This document shows positions 52,780 to 64,000 of a stretch of 64,000 bases of DNA, in pieces; positions within the stretch are counted from its first letter, which is position 1, and every line of letters begins with the position of its first letter. Under the pieces are notes generated by a model that was given only the letters and a program-made list of their open reading frames with translations, did not search any database and had not been told where the DNA came from. The position numbers and the translations under genes are program-made. Origin of the DNA: Octopus vulgaris (lineage: Eukaryota); assembly GCA_951406725.2 (NCBI GenBank), contig OX597817.1, forward strand, positions 110,670,001-110,734,000, written 5' to 3'.

Positions 52780-52981
52780 CAGTGGTTGTCAACTGAGGTC
52801 CAAATAAGATTTTGCTGAAATATATATGCAATAAATTACTTATACTTCTATAATACACTTTTTAAAATACAATTCCTAATAATATTTAGTTATAGAAATA
52901 CAGTAGGATGCTTTTTAAACATCAAATGGCTATGGAGGTCCAGTAGAGTAAAATAGGAATCAAAGTGCTTGAGAATAACTG
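52780..52981. mobile_element. hAT-type MITE (MER5-like)
   Basis: CAGTGGTTGTCAAC ... TTGAGAATAACTG; imperfect 8-bp TSD CACTAAAT/TTCTAAAT. Confidence 0.5.
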
Positions 52982-53349
52982 TTCTAAATGAACATTTATC
53001 TGCTAGAAATAGCGACCAAATTTCCTTCAAATTACACTCTACCATCTTAAAAAAAAAAAAGGAAAAAATATACTTTAGATTGTGTGAAGGTAGGATGTGC
53101 CGTCAAACCTGTCTTGGACATTTCATTGGATAAAGAAATGTTCGTATTTGCATTTTGGAAAAAGAAAATTTTAAACGCTCATAAAATTCTTTGCAGTAAT
53201 CTACCCTGGTCTGGGACACACTATTTCTAGAAATCCAGAACGTGACGGTCACGGCTGGAATGCATTTTAGTTGCAGATCTACGTCAATTAGTACTAAACT
53301 GGAGGTTAAACAACTTCATATTGTTTTATTATTTGACGAAAAATATTGG

Positions 53350-54690
53350 ACTAGTTTGCTTCCCGACCATGTTATCTTGGGTTTAGTCCCACTCACTGCG
53401 CATGGCACCTTGGGCAAGTGTCGACCAAGGGCTTTGCAAGTAAATTTGGTAGACGGCAACCGAAAGACATTTTTACTTGTTTCAGTCATTAGACTGCAGC
53501 CATGCTGGGGTACCATCTTGGAAGAATTTTAGTAGAACGAATCGACCTCATACTTATTTTTTAAAGCCTGGTATTTATTCTATCGGTCTTTTGTCGAATC
53601 GCTAAGTTACAGGAACGTAAACACATTAACACCGGCTGTCACGCGTTGGTGGAACACACACACACACACGCACATATACACACAACGTGCTTCTTTCAGT
53701 TTCTGTCTACCAAAACCCACTCACAAGGCTTTGGCCGGCCCGAGGCTGTAGTAGAAGACACTTGCCCAAAGTGTCACGCAATAGAACTGGACTCGAAATC
53801 ATGTGGTTGAGGAGCAAACTTCGTGTGTGTGTGTGTCTTTACCTTTTTACCGACAGATTAAAAAAATAATTTTTTGTAACTAAACACTTTCAAACTTCGT
53901 ATACTGGTAGAATGTGTCATATAAAACATCTTTTACTCTTGGCATTGTTGAGAAAATTCTGTATTTTGAAGTTATTTTTGTTAAAGTTGTCGTATTTTGG
54001 TAATTTCAACCAATCAATGACGTGTATTCAGCTGAATTAAATTACTGCTGTTGTTTGTCAACAACAACTTCCGGCGTTGTATATTTCGTTTGTCATTGTT
54101 ATTTATGACATATTTCATCTCAGTTACGTTCGAATGAATAAACGAGTGTATCTGAAGCATGTTTACTTCATGGCACCACCATAATCATTCGTGCTTCATT
54201 TTTAATTTTTTTCCGTGACTAACCCTAAAACCCCAACCCCTTAATCCTAACTCTAAAACCCTAAAACCCTAGCCCTAACCACCTTAAAGCTAAAACAAGT
54301 ACAAACGCACGAACGATGTCATAAATAGCAGTGACAAACGAAATATACACCGCCGATAGTTGTTGACAAACAATGACAGTAATTTTATTCAGCTGAATAC
54401 ACGTCAGGGATTGGTTGAAATTACCGAAATACAACTTTAACAAAAAACAACTTCCAAAATACGGAATTTTCTCAACAACGCCAAGAGTAAAAGATGTTTT
54501 ATGTGACACATTCTACCAGTATACGAAGTTTGAAAGTGTTTAGTTACAAAAAATTATCTTTAAAATCTGTCGGTCAAAAAGGTAAAGATCCCAAGGCTTA
54601 AAAAATAAGCACTGGCGTTTAGTCGATGAAATCCTTCATGGCGGTGCCCCAGCATGCCGCAATCCAAATACTGAAACAAGTAAAAGAATC
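53350..54690 (+). mobile_element. SINE family A split by an antisense SINE A (53470-53821) and a GGATC foldback element
   Basis: Head 53350-53468, (GT)n at 53822, tail 54592-54690. Confidence 0.65.
53836..54591. mobile_element. GGATC-family foldback element (same subfamily as 40603) with telomere-like core
   Basis: TCTTTACCTTTTTACCGACAGATT ... AATCTGTCGGTCAAAAAGGTAAAGATCC; CCCTAA-like repeats at 54220-54280. Confidence 0.85.
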
Positions 54691-54894
54691 TAGAGCACAA
54701 CGCCATAAATTAAATTAGCACCATCCCTATATTTGAAATGAAGCCCCAATGCTTGACTAGTAATTATTTTATCGAAAGATTAAAAAAAAAAGGCAAAGTT
54801 TGGCCACAAGGAAATTTGAACTTAAATAACTTGGAGGTAATCTGGACTTAAGATTGGTAACAACTTTCAAAGTACAAGTCGTAGACGATATGAT

Positions 54895-55865
54895 TCGTTA
54901 TTGCGCATGCGTCACAACACTGCAGTTTGCCAACCGTCTGACGAAGGCTAACAGGCTGAAACTTCGAAGTCACCACTCTCCTCGTAAAAGTATTATAAAT
55001 ATGTCTATTTTACTCGGTTTCAAAAGCCGTTTAGGTAACTAAAGAAACTCATTTATGACAGAGAGAAAGAGATGCGAAAAGAGTTAGGGTACGAAAAATT
55101 AAATTCGTCCCTCACAAATATAACATTCGTTGCCCCTGCTATTTAAAATGTATTTCCTAAAATTAAATTCTGAATCGGTATAGTAGTTGTTAGGACCCTC
55201 AGAAGAGACATGATCAACAGCGTTCCAACCTTGTTAATACCACTTCCACTTTTTCTTTTTTTTCTGTATCTTAATATCTCGTGCTGAAATATTCAATATG
55301 ACTTATTATCTTATGACTGTGGGTGGATGAAATTTGAGGGTAATTTTCGCAGGTCGTGCGACCACGCTGAAGTGTACTCTCGTAACCAACGTCGGACTTA
55401 GGTCTAATCTAAACAAGCTACAACGTAGGGTTTCGCAATCTGCAGGAGCTTCAAAAATGTCACAAGAGACCCTCTAGTGTAATTTTTGTTAATATGAGAC
55501 CGCCAGTCCTTATGTAGCTTAAGACTTCACCAAATTTAAATCCAGCTCTATTCAACCTTACAAGAGAGGTTTCTAATTATCAAGTGCTAAATATCGGACG
55601 TATATAGCGAGAGGTTAACTTCAAAACGCATAAGTGATCTTTGTTCATTTTTAACGAAGTTGAAACTTTTACTAATTGAGAGTAGGGAATTGTCGTGATT
55701 AAATTGCATTATCGTTTCAATCTTACAGGTTTCGGCCATTTTGGTTCAACTGACGCCATTTTAAACTGAATTCTTGATGGTTTTTAAAATCACAATTTTC
55801 AGAAGTACATTCTAATGGCTCACTAAATTTGTTGACTTTTGGAGGTGACATGTGCCATTTTTCTC
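54895..55865. promoter_or_regulatory. possible promoter region upstream of the large exon
   Basis: NRF1-like TGCGCATGCG at 54902; YY1-like GCCATTTT at ~55735, ~55755 and ~55854; visibly more CpG than the flanks. Motif-level inference only. Confidence 0.3.
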
Positions 55866-56746
55866 GAGAATTGAAACAGGGTTGTATTCTTGTGATTTTG
55901 TTTTATTACTTGTGCAAGTTTAGTTTCTTAATATAAATTTCATCTTCTCTCTCTCGTTCACCTCCCATTTCCTCGTCAAAGCCTTCACCACCTACTCTCT
56001 GTGTTCATTACCTCCACTCACCTCGTTGACTTTCACGGCTCGGAGATTTTAAGTTAGCTTGTTTGACTTTGTCGTTCGTACTGCCAGTCACATACTGGGA
56101 CAATTGAACGAGATTACCGCTATACTGTACCATTCTTAGAACTATGAATAGTCTCTAATCTTTTGACAATAACAATTCTCTGATACAATCATGGACAAAC
56201 TGTGATCCGTGTGATGAAGAAACATGTCTCATGCGGCCCACTTCTCGAAAATGGTTGTCTTTGCTTGCTTTAATACACACACGCACACACACATATATAT
56301 ATATACTTACACAATATATGTCGCCCTGCCTCTAATTCGCATTTGAATATATATGTATGTATGTATAGTGTGTGTGTATGTGAAAAGATATCCGATAGTA
56401 ATAAAAAAATTTATATATTATTTAAATGCTAAAGGGACTTCTGCATATGCTCTGGCCACATCAAAAGTCGGATCTTATGAGTTTTTAAATTGAATTTTCT
56501 TAAAAGTTAATTTCTTATTTCGTATGGTTTTGAGACAACAATATAAATACAATTGCTCTTTCTGTTTCAAATTGGTGCTTATAATATCCGATTACATTAC
56601 TAAATTTAGTTGTTAATTCATTCATAATAAATATATGTACTATTGTTAAGTGAATGGTCGACTTGACATATTTAAGAAAGTATGTCAATGTTTTAGAAAA
56701 ATATAACCATGTTTTTATACAGTTAAATTTTTTATTTTATTTACAG

Positions 56747-59700
56747 GATTACTTTTCTTATGAACCCATGGTTTGACAAAGAAAACTATTTGTAAAGAAA
56801 ATTGCTCAAACACGTTACGGTTAGTAACGAAGAGCGTTTTGCAGTCGTTCCGTTTTCAAGTTAAACATCAATCAGACTCAAATAACCAGGAAAATCATAT
56901 TGCTGAAACAGAAGGAATAAAATTTATAAATCAAAAACCGATTAACCGAACGAAACCATCAGATAAAACTTCGTCACTTTCCTATATAGATCTAAACACG
57001 TGCCCAGAAAATGACTTGAAGCAAGGACGGTTAAAGGCTTCTGTAGGTTACAATGTTAAACAATTTAAAGGGTACCATGGAAATGGTGATCACTATCACC
57101 CAGATTTCAGTAAAGTACCAAGAAAACAATGTTGTGAAATTCGAAGTTTCTACAATTCTAAAGAGAAAGTCATCAATATCGATTAACCCTTTGAATTTTG
57201 AAAAAAAAAAATTACATTTGATCTTTGAAGGGTTTCCAGAACGCTTATCTCAATTTGCTTTAATTCCTAATACAAGATGTATTGCATCTTCCACTTTAAA
57301 GTTTAACAATTCTGATAAATTGAAGGTAAAAAAAACTGAACTACTTATCATTGCACCCATCCGTTCTTCAGCAAAGGATGTAAGAACTAAAATTAATAAA
57401 TCAAAACTTTAAGTTCAAGCTTGAGGAAGTTTCTGAGTAAAATTAAAAGGGTGACATTCTCTAAAAACAAATGAGTACACCTTAAATCTAAAAAAATTAG
57501 TTACTGTTTTTACTTTAGAATACCGGAAATGTCCCGAAATAGTGTCATCTCCGATACGTCAAGTTGCTTTACCGGCCAGTGGGGGTAATAGTATCATACA
57601 TAACACTATTCATTCAGAACGTCTAAACCGAATCGCACCACTATGCTTATACAAAGAAAAATTATCGACCAGCGGGTTAAATGTTGTATCAGAATTTATT
57701 TCACCGATAGCAGCAGCTGATTTTTACAAGGCAACAGCGACAGTCTCTGCACAGAAAGATGTTACTACTGTCGTAGTTTCCCAGCAGGGAAGTGGTCACT
57801 GTAAGAACAGACTAACCCAAAGCCATGACAACAGGCACAATGATATTATTAACTATATCACAGCTGTTGGAACTGCCGAAGAGACCACTGGCTGCACAAA
57901 TTCAGCATCGGTAATATACCCAAAATTAATACATGGTATCTCCAATACTGCTGTAACAATTCCATCAGATTTCTCCTCTCGGCTGACCACAGTTAGTGAA
58001 ATAAATTACTCTCCGTCTGTTTCCACAGAAAATTTTCCCAACAGTAAAAGTACTAATGCAGTTACTTTCAACAGACCAAGTGAAACTTTGGATACTTATG
58101 TCATAGCCGCTAATCCGTGTCAACCGAAAACAAATAATGTCGCAGACGGTGGTAACACAAAAGGAACAGATCAAAGTAAAGATTGTTTGTATAACCGGTT
58201 AGAAGATCAAAGTTATGAACTTTCATGCCAAACCACATGTTTTTCTAGCCAAACACTAGATAAAAGCTTACGTGATATTACGTTCCAAGAAGAATTATCT
58301 AATAAAACACAATGCTAATCACCGCAGCATACATTATTAACCTCCCTATCTAGATTTAAGGAAAGTGTAAAACCAGAATATTTAACAAAAACAGGAGCTG
58401 TTTCCAGTCAAGTAAATAAATATGATCAGAATGTGTCGACCAATACTATTGATCTCAGACAAAATGATTGTTGTATAAATTGCGGACCGTCAGAGGAAGG
58501 GGTGTCACTGACTCCGGACCACACCCAAAATAATGAGCAACGTTTAGTGGCAAGCACGAGGAATGTAGATAGTAAAAATATTTTTTCTAAGGAAATCGTC
58601 ATCGATAATTTTAATAATAATTGCGTCACTTCTCCACATTTTCTCTGTAGCAACTGCTGCTGTCATCAGATAAAAACAACTCGTTTGAAGGATACTGTCT
58701 GCCAATCATCACAATACACTGACAACTTGCCAGACAGCTGTGACGATGATAATGCCACAGAAACAGCATTGCATAGGGATCAGCACGTTACGAAAGGCAT
58801 TCCAGGAACTTGCCACGCGACAAGCGCACTTACCGGCGGAGAAGGCGAGCGAATCACGGCAAAGAAAGAGGGAGAAGTGAAAGCGAACTACATTCTTGGT
58901 ACTCAGGTACAAGGAAACGGAATTGTCTACATTTCTACAACACGGATTAATTGTTTGTTACTATAATTTAATAATAATAATCAATCTGATAACACAAATC
59001 TTTCTGGTTCTGTTTTTGACAAGTCTTTTAAGGCTGTCGGTGAGGAAAATTCTCCTTTATATTCGCAATCACATGTTATTACTCCTGGATAGTAACACTA
59101 ACTTCGATTTTCAATTTAACAATTCGCAGTATTTGAGAGATACATTAGGCAGTAGTTCGACTTGGAATAAATATCAATCATCCGGTAACAAAAGCAAAAG
59201 TGATAGTTATGACATCATCACCAGTGGCAATGATAGTCCACTCACTCGACGCTACATAAACACCAAGTCATTTGTAGACATTACAAATGCTTATAATGAG
59301 TTCATTTTTCATCTTTGACATGTATCCGCAGCCAAGCAGAACAACATGATGTTCTGCCGACAAAAGAACGAAAGTGTCATAGATATCCGTGGCCGATTTC
59401 TGACCACACAGTTTTCCCCTTTAGTATCGATAACGACATAGGTGGTCGGTTGTCAGCTGCTCGTGTTAATGAACAACTGGGAAAGGAGTTAAACCCGAAA
59501 TGGCTCGATCCCCTTCCTGGATTTTCTCACACAGAATATATCGACGACGATAACACCACCACCACCAACAAAAATAATGTCATCAGTAATAAGTGCGACG
59601 TAGTTGTTACTACCAGAAGCTTAATACCGACGAAGTCGACTCCCTTATCATATTTATCATCTTTATCAGCAGCAGGGGGAGAATCTACCCCGACATCACT

Positions 59701-60490
59701 TTTATCTTCTTTCCCATCTATAGTTTTTCCTCCTGAGATTCCTTTTCACCCTACCCCAACCATTGAAACATGCGTTAGAAAAGATAGCGGGATAATATCT
59801 AGCAACAGCTTTTCTTACAGCCCAACGTCAGTTATAGCAACTTCATTAGGAAGCGCTACCCAAACAACCTTGGCTCCCTCATGTTTTCCTCTTACTTCTG
59901 ATAATGTTGCTCTCACCTCTACACTTGTTTCCGACACTTGCTTAGTTGCCGAACACACGAAAGAAGTGAAGAAAAGAAAAGGTAGACGGAGCAACGGTGG
60001 AAAGGATAAAATCGATAAAGGGAGAACTAATAAAAAGAAAAACGTATTTGATAGAGAAACTGTCACTAGTGTTCAACGAGAAGGCCATGTACGGTCCGAT
60101 GGATTATTTGGAAATAAACAACTATCTCTGTTTACCCAGGAAGAGAAAAATTCGTTCACAGAAAAGTTGAACAATTCACATTTTCTTCTCGCTCAAAATA
60201 CTCGTAATCTTTATTACCATCGTAGTAATTTATGCTTTAATGAAGCAAATACTGGTTGCAACCAGCAAGTTAGCAGTCGTAATTACTGTGGCACCGAGAA
60301 CACAGTAAATCATTTGGGGCTGCTTTCTTCCTACTCTTCAACAAAGGGGCCACCATGTATCGAAGCTACTTACTGCTGTGACTGCTGTACAACTAATCAT
60401 CATTACTACACCAACTCCGGTACTAACAAAAGTAACGTTATTATTACAACTACTGACAGTACCTGCGTTGCAAGGACCACTTGCATTTAA
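56747..60490 (+). other. 5' part of a very large exon: eroded coding-like sequence or uORF-rich 5' UTR
   Basis: Acceptor TTTTATTTTATTTACAG|G at 56746; chain of abutting S/T/N-rich plus-strand ORFs (137, 119, 258, 177, 140 and 391 aa) separated by single stops or frameshifts; free of repeats. Confidence 0.5.
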
Positions 60491-63400
60491 GGTAAGCAAG
60501 AGAGAAAGATCGTGGAAAAGTAGTGATACTTTTGACTCTGATAAGGAAACCTGTCGAGTAAGCACTAACCAAGCGATCGACTGCAGTGTTTGTACTTTAG
60601 GCTATCGCGGAAATGAACTGTCTAATGCGGCGGCAACAACATCATCAACAACAACAACTTCATCAACAACTCACACAGATCACATACCAGTTGTTTGTAA
60701 CGAAACCGTTCTGAAAGAGGGTTCGCTACCGTTGTTTATCCATGCTGATAGTCTGTTACATAGGAAGTATAGCGGCAACCGCAGTAGTAGTAGTAGCTCT
60801 GTCTTATTGACAGAGCAAGCAGCAGTACACGACCACCCCACATCCACGGCAATACGGTCACTTTTACCAACCTATTCCAACTACGTTGGTATAGCCAGCA
60901 GCAACAGTGGTAGTAGCGGTGACGGAGACGGCGAGGAAAAGCCTATCGCAGACACTGGAACAGCGGAACTTGCGCTGTTGGAACTGAAAACGAAACCGGT
61001 CAGTACACCTCTGTATTTACCTCCTCAAACTAAACATTCTCTGTATGGAAACAGTGATCGTTTGTGTTGTCAATACAAATACTATTCTGACAAACGTGAA
61101 ACACGACAGAACTTTTCAAACAAATCGACCAATTACAGGTGTATAACTGCAAATTTCCCAAGTGCACAGTCAGTAGCGAGAGAAGCAGAGTCGTTACAAC
61201 AACTGCTGTGCGGTAGTGATAAGTCTGATAATGTTGTTATTTCTTCAAATGATGTTTGTGGAGATATCGAGTCGGGTTCGGAAACGCGGATAAATTTCAA
61301 TGCAGGCCCTAACATGGATTCTACCAAAATTATTAACAACCAACCTGCTGACGGATTTCATAACTCAACAGTCTACCGAAAGTGTGACGGAGTCTCCGGT
61401 GAAGGTTCTGGTGAAATTATTTTATCTTCGGACTACGGTGGTGTATCCGCCGGTAATCGTGTTGAAATGAAAAAAAGTTCATCTCCTTGTAAAATACCTG
61501 TTCAACAGAAACAAAAGACAAACATGAGTACAGGGACTAAACATTCTGTGAAATCCAGCCAGCTTCCTCGTGGAAAATCTACTTTGATTGATCAGACCAC
61601 CAGGATCTCCCTTAACAAACAAACCACCCAACAGACAAGTGCTGACAGTAGTAGACTTCCGTCTAAATGCACAGGTAAAAAATCTTCTCTTGTTAATGGG
61701 GATACGAATGTTAAGAAACAAGGTGATAAAAATACATCAAATTTAAAAAATATCAACGTGGGTAAATCTGTTAGTAGTTCTAAAATACATCGTAACACAG
61801 CATTAAGTAAAACTAAACATCAAACAACCAGTGATATAAGTTCTAAAAATTGTAATGAATTAATTTCAGTTGATAAACATATTTCTACAGTTCTGTCTGA
61901 AGAGTTACCAGAAGATAGTGAATCGGCTATTGATGAAGTGAAAGTAGTTAATGAATTAAATGATAAATTCCGTCTTCGGTCAGATTCAGAGTCCAGCCAT
62001 GCTAGCCATTCTTCTTTTTGTTCCCAGTTATCCACTTCATCGGTTAAATCGTCTATTTGTCTTCCAAGTTCCACTAAAGGTGGGCTTGGGAAAACTAGTA
62101 AAATTCTTACGAGTTCCTGTTCACGTTTAGCTGTGTCTAAAGCAGAAACAAAACTACAGAAAAAACCGTCCATGCTAAGCCGTACCACCTCATCCACAAC
62201 TGTCTCTCGAACTAGTAATTCTGCTTTGTCTCACCCATCCAAGTCATCTCCTGCACATTCACGCTTAACGTCACGAGTTAACACTGAAAACTTACAAAGA
62301 GCTGTGAGCACAGGTTCTTTAAGAAATAATTCCAATAAATCGAGTATTCCTCCTACTGGCAGATCTAATACAACAGCTACAAAAAGTAGTGGTCTGTCAC
62401 TGAGGCAAAAGAAAGTTGCTGATTCAGCATCTGATCTTTCAGTTAACAGCACAACTAGATTAGGTAGCAGAATTCAAAACAAAGAAAGTTTAAAGACAGT
62501 CAGTTCCGAGAATTTGTCAAACAAAATTCAAAACTCATTTGGAAAAAGTTGTGAAAATTTAGCAAAAAAGAAAAAAAATGTGTTACAAGCAAGTTGTGAA
62601 AATTTGTCAGTTAAATCTCGCAATAATAGTGTCACCACTTCTGACAGTACACTTCAACAAAAAGGTATTTCGCACAATAAAAAATTAACTTCCACTCAAA
62701 GTATTAGCAATGGAGGTTTGGTTCACCAAAAGGAAAAATACAGTGGTGGTATGTCTTTATTGAAGGCTAGCAGAATTAGTGGCAGCAGCAGCAGTTCAAT
62801 TCCTACTGCTGCAACTGCAGCTGATAAACTGGACAATAAAAAATTAAGTAATGTCCGCCCTACCACCTCTGCAGTTACTGAGCGGAGAACAGGTGTGGGG
62901 CTAGGTAGCAACCAGGAGGGCAAACCAACCACTAATATTGATAGATCTCAGATTAAAAAGAGTATACCAGCTACAGGTAAAAAAACTACATCATTAAAAT
63001 CAAATGAAGCTATTGAACCATTATCGAAAAAGAAACTTGTAGCAAAAACAAGTCGAGGTTTTAGTGACCATAAAGTGACTTCTAATTTGCCTACTGCTTC
63101 TTCTAAAGCTTCATCTGGTATTAAAAAGTCTAAGTTGTTAGAGGCTCAGTCTCATAATGTGGTCAGTCAGACAGCTGGCAAAAACTTTCAGGGAAAAGCA
63201 ACCTATGACAGTAATCGGTTACAGCTGGATAAAACTAGGAATACACTTTCTGTTAATGAGGTAGAAAATTCGGAACTACATTATAAAGAACTAGATGATG
63301 CACCTGAAAATGAAGATAAAGTTGACAAAGATAGCTCATCAACAAAACCAAATATTTCTGAAAATTTTGCTTATGATGACTACATGATTATAACCGAGGC

Positions 63401-64000
63401 CCTTTCTGATGAAAGCATATCTGGGCCCAGTGTACATGTCGGAGATTTAGACAATGTTTCAAACCCCAACCACCTCTCTGATATTGATGCTTCAGAAAGT
63501 TATCAAACTAGTTCTTCAGCTTCTGCCCTGGACATCAGTTTACATGAGGACTATGTGTATAATGGATCTCTTGTGACCTCTTCTAGTGACAACTACACCG
63601 ACAAGCACACTGGCTTCCAGTGCACACAGTCAGCTGTCCATGCTTGCAGAGAAGTTACCAGCAGCTACCAGACTAACACCAGTGAGGATGAGTGTAGTGA
63701 AAAAGAAGAAAAAGAGGAAATGGAGAGAAAAGAAGACACAGAGGAAAACAGAGTAAAACTAAAATTATCAGACCATGGTGTAATTAAATCTGATGCTTAT
63801 TCTGATAAAACTTTTGACTATGAAGCTAGTTATGACTGTAATCTTTCCAGCTGTGGTTATCAGCAGCCACAGAAACATTATGGACAGCCCTGCCCCCATC
63901 AGCAATATCCCCACCATCCCCCTCAACACCATTATCATCCCCCACACCAATCTACTGGAACTGAGAATAGTTTTAAAAATTTATCAACAGATGATGGGAG
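60309..64000 (+). CDS. large, intrinsically disordered Ser/Lys-rich protein with multiple SxIP/SxLP motifs (candidate microtubule +TIP); exon runs off the window
   Basis: Hand translation shows no stop from 60309 (after TAA at 60306) to 64000, ~1230 codons; missing from the ORF track because it has no stop. First in-frame ATG at 61314. A basic Ser-rich block is followed by an acidic block and a His/Pro/Gln patch. Confidence 0.85.
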   Translation, partial: MIWGCFLPTLQQRGHHVSKLLTAVTAVQLIIITTPTPVLTKVTLLLQLLTVPALQGPLAFKVSKRERSWKSSDTFDSDKETCRVSTNQAIDCSVCTLGYRGNELSNAAATTSSTTTTSSTTHTDHIPVVCNETVLKEGSLPLFIHADSLLHRKYSGNRSSSSSSVLLTEQAAVHDHPTSTAIRSLLPTYSNYVGIASSNSGSSGDGDGEEKPIADTGTAELALLELKTKPVSTPLYLPPQTKHSLYGNSDRLCCQYKYYSDKRETRQNFSNKSTNYRCITANFPSAQSVAREAESLQQLLCGSDKSDNVVISSNDVCGDIESGSETRINFNAGPNMDSTKIINNQPADGFHNSTVYRKCDGVSGEGSGEIILSSDYGGVSAGNRVEMKKSSSPCKIPVQQKQKTNMSTGTKHSVKSSQLPRGKSTLIDQTTRISLNKQTTQQTSADSSRLPSKCTGKKSSLVNGDTNVKKQGDKNTSNLKNINVGKSVSSSKIHRNTALSKTKHQTTSDISSKNCNELISVDKHISTVLSEELPEDSESAIDEVKVVNELNDKFRLRSDSESSHASHSSFCSQLSTSSVKSSICLPSSTKGGLGKTSKILTSSCSRLAVSKAETKLQKKPSMLSRTTSSTTVSRTSNSALSHPSKSSPAHSRLTSRVNTENLQRAVSTGSLRNNSNKSSIPPTGRSNTTATKSSGLSLRQKKVADSASDLSVNSTTRLGSRIQNKESLKTVSSENLSNKIQNSFGKSCENLAKKKKNVLQASCENLSVKSRNNSVTTSDSTLQQKGISHNKKLTSTQSISNGGLVHQKEKYSGGMSLLKASRISGSSSSSIPTAATAADKLDNKKLSNVRPTTSAVTERRTGVGLGSNQEGKPTTNIDRSQIKKSIPATGKKTTSLKSNEAIEPLSKKKLVAKTSRGFSDHKVTSNLPTASSKASSGIKKSKLLEAQSHNVVSQTAGKNFQGKATYDSNRLQLDKTRNTLSVNEVENSELHYKELDDAPENEDKVDKDSSSTKPNISENFAYDDYMIITEALSDESISGPSVHVGDLDNVSNPNHLSDIDASESYQTSSSASALDISLHEDYVYNGSLVTSSSDNYTDKHTGFQCTQSAVHACREVTSSYQTNTSEDECSEKEEKEEMERKEDTEENRVKLKLSDHGVIKSDAYSDKTFDYEASYDCNLSSCGYQQPQKHYGQPCPHQQYPHHPPQHHYHPPHQSTGTENSFKNLSTDDG

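Noticed and set aside
61133-63950. Minus-strand ORFs overlapping the long ORF
   Set aside because: Antisense shadows of the plus-strand reading frame.

Overview
AT-rich eukaryotic genomic DNA, very probably a coleoid cephalopod (Octopus-like; inferred from recurring SINE/RTE families, not verified by search). The first ~56 kb is repeat-dense intronic/intergenic DNA. It contains tRNA-derived SINEs of two families, 5'-truncated RTE LINE ends, R4/Dong- and CRE-like retroelement relics, a degenerate Helitron RepHel, non-autonomous Helitrons, hAT (Charlie/Buster) relics, mariner- and piggyBac-type MITEs, and five GGATC...GATCC foldback elements with telomere-like cores. A likely host exon starts at 56747 and runs off the window. 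Its 3' part is an intact Ser/Lys-rich frame of more than 1200 codons with several SxIP/SxLP motifs; its 5' ~3.7 kb looks like eroded coding sequence. Most notable: (1) a TSD-bounded, ORF1-only (gag-knuckle) L1/Tx1-like element whose 3' end resembles a local SINE tail and a Tx1-like ORF2 3' fragment, with a second divergent ORF1 paralogue inside a Helitron; (2) the GGATC foldback family, which appears to convert a monomer into long palindromes and to invert flanking DNA. No CRISPR array, rRNA or true tRNA gene was seen.
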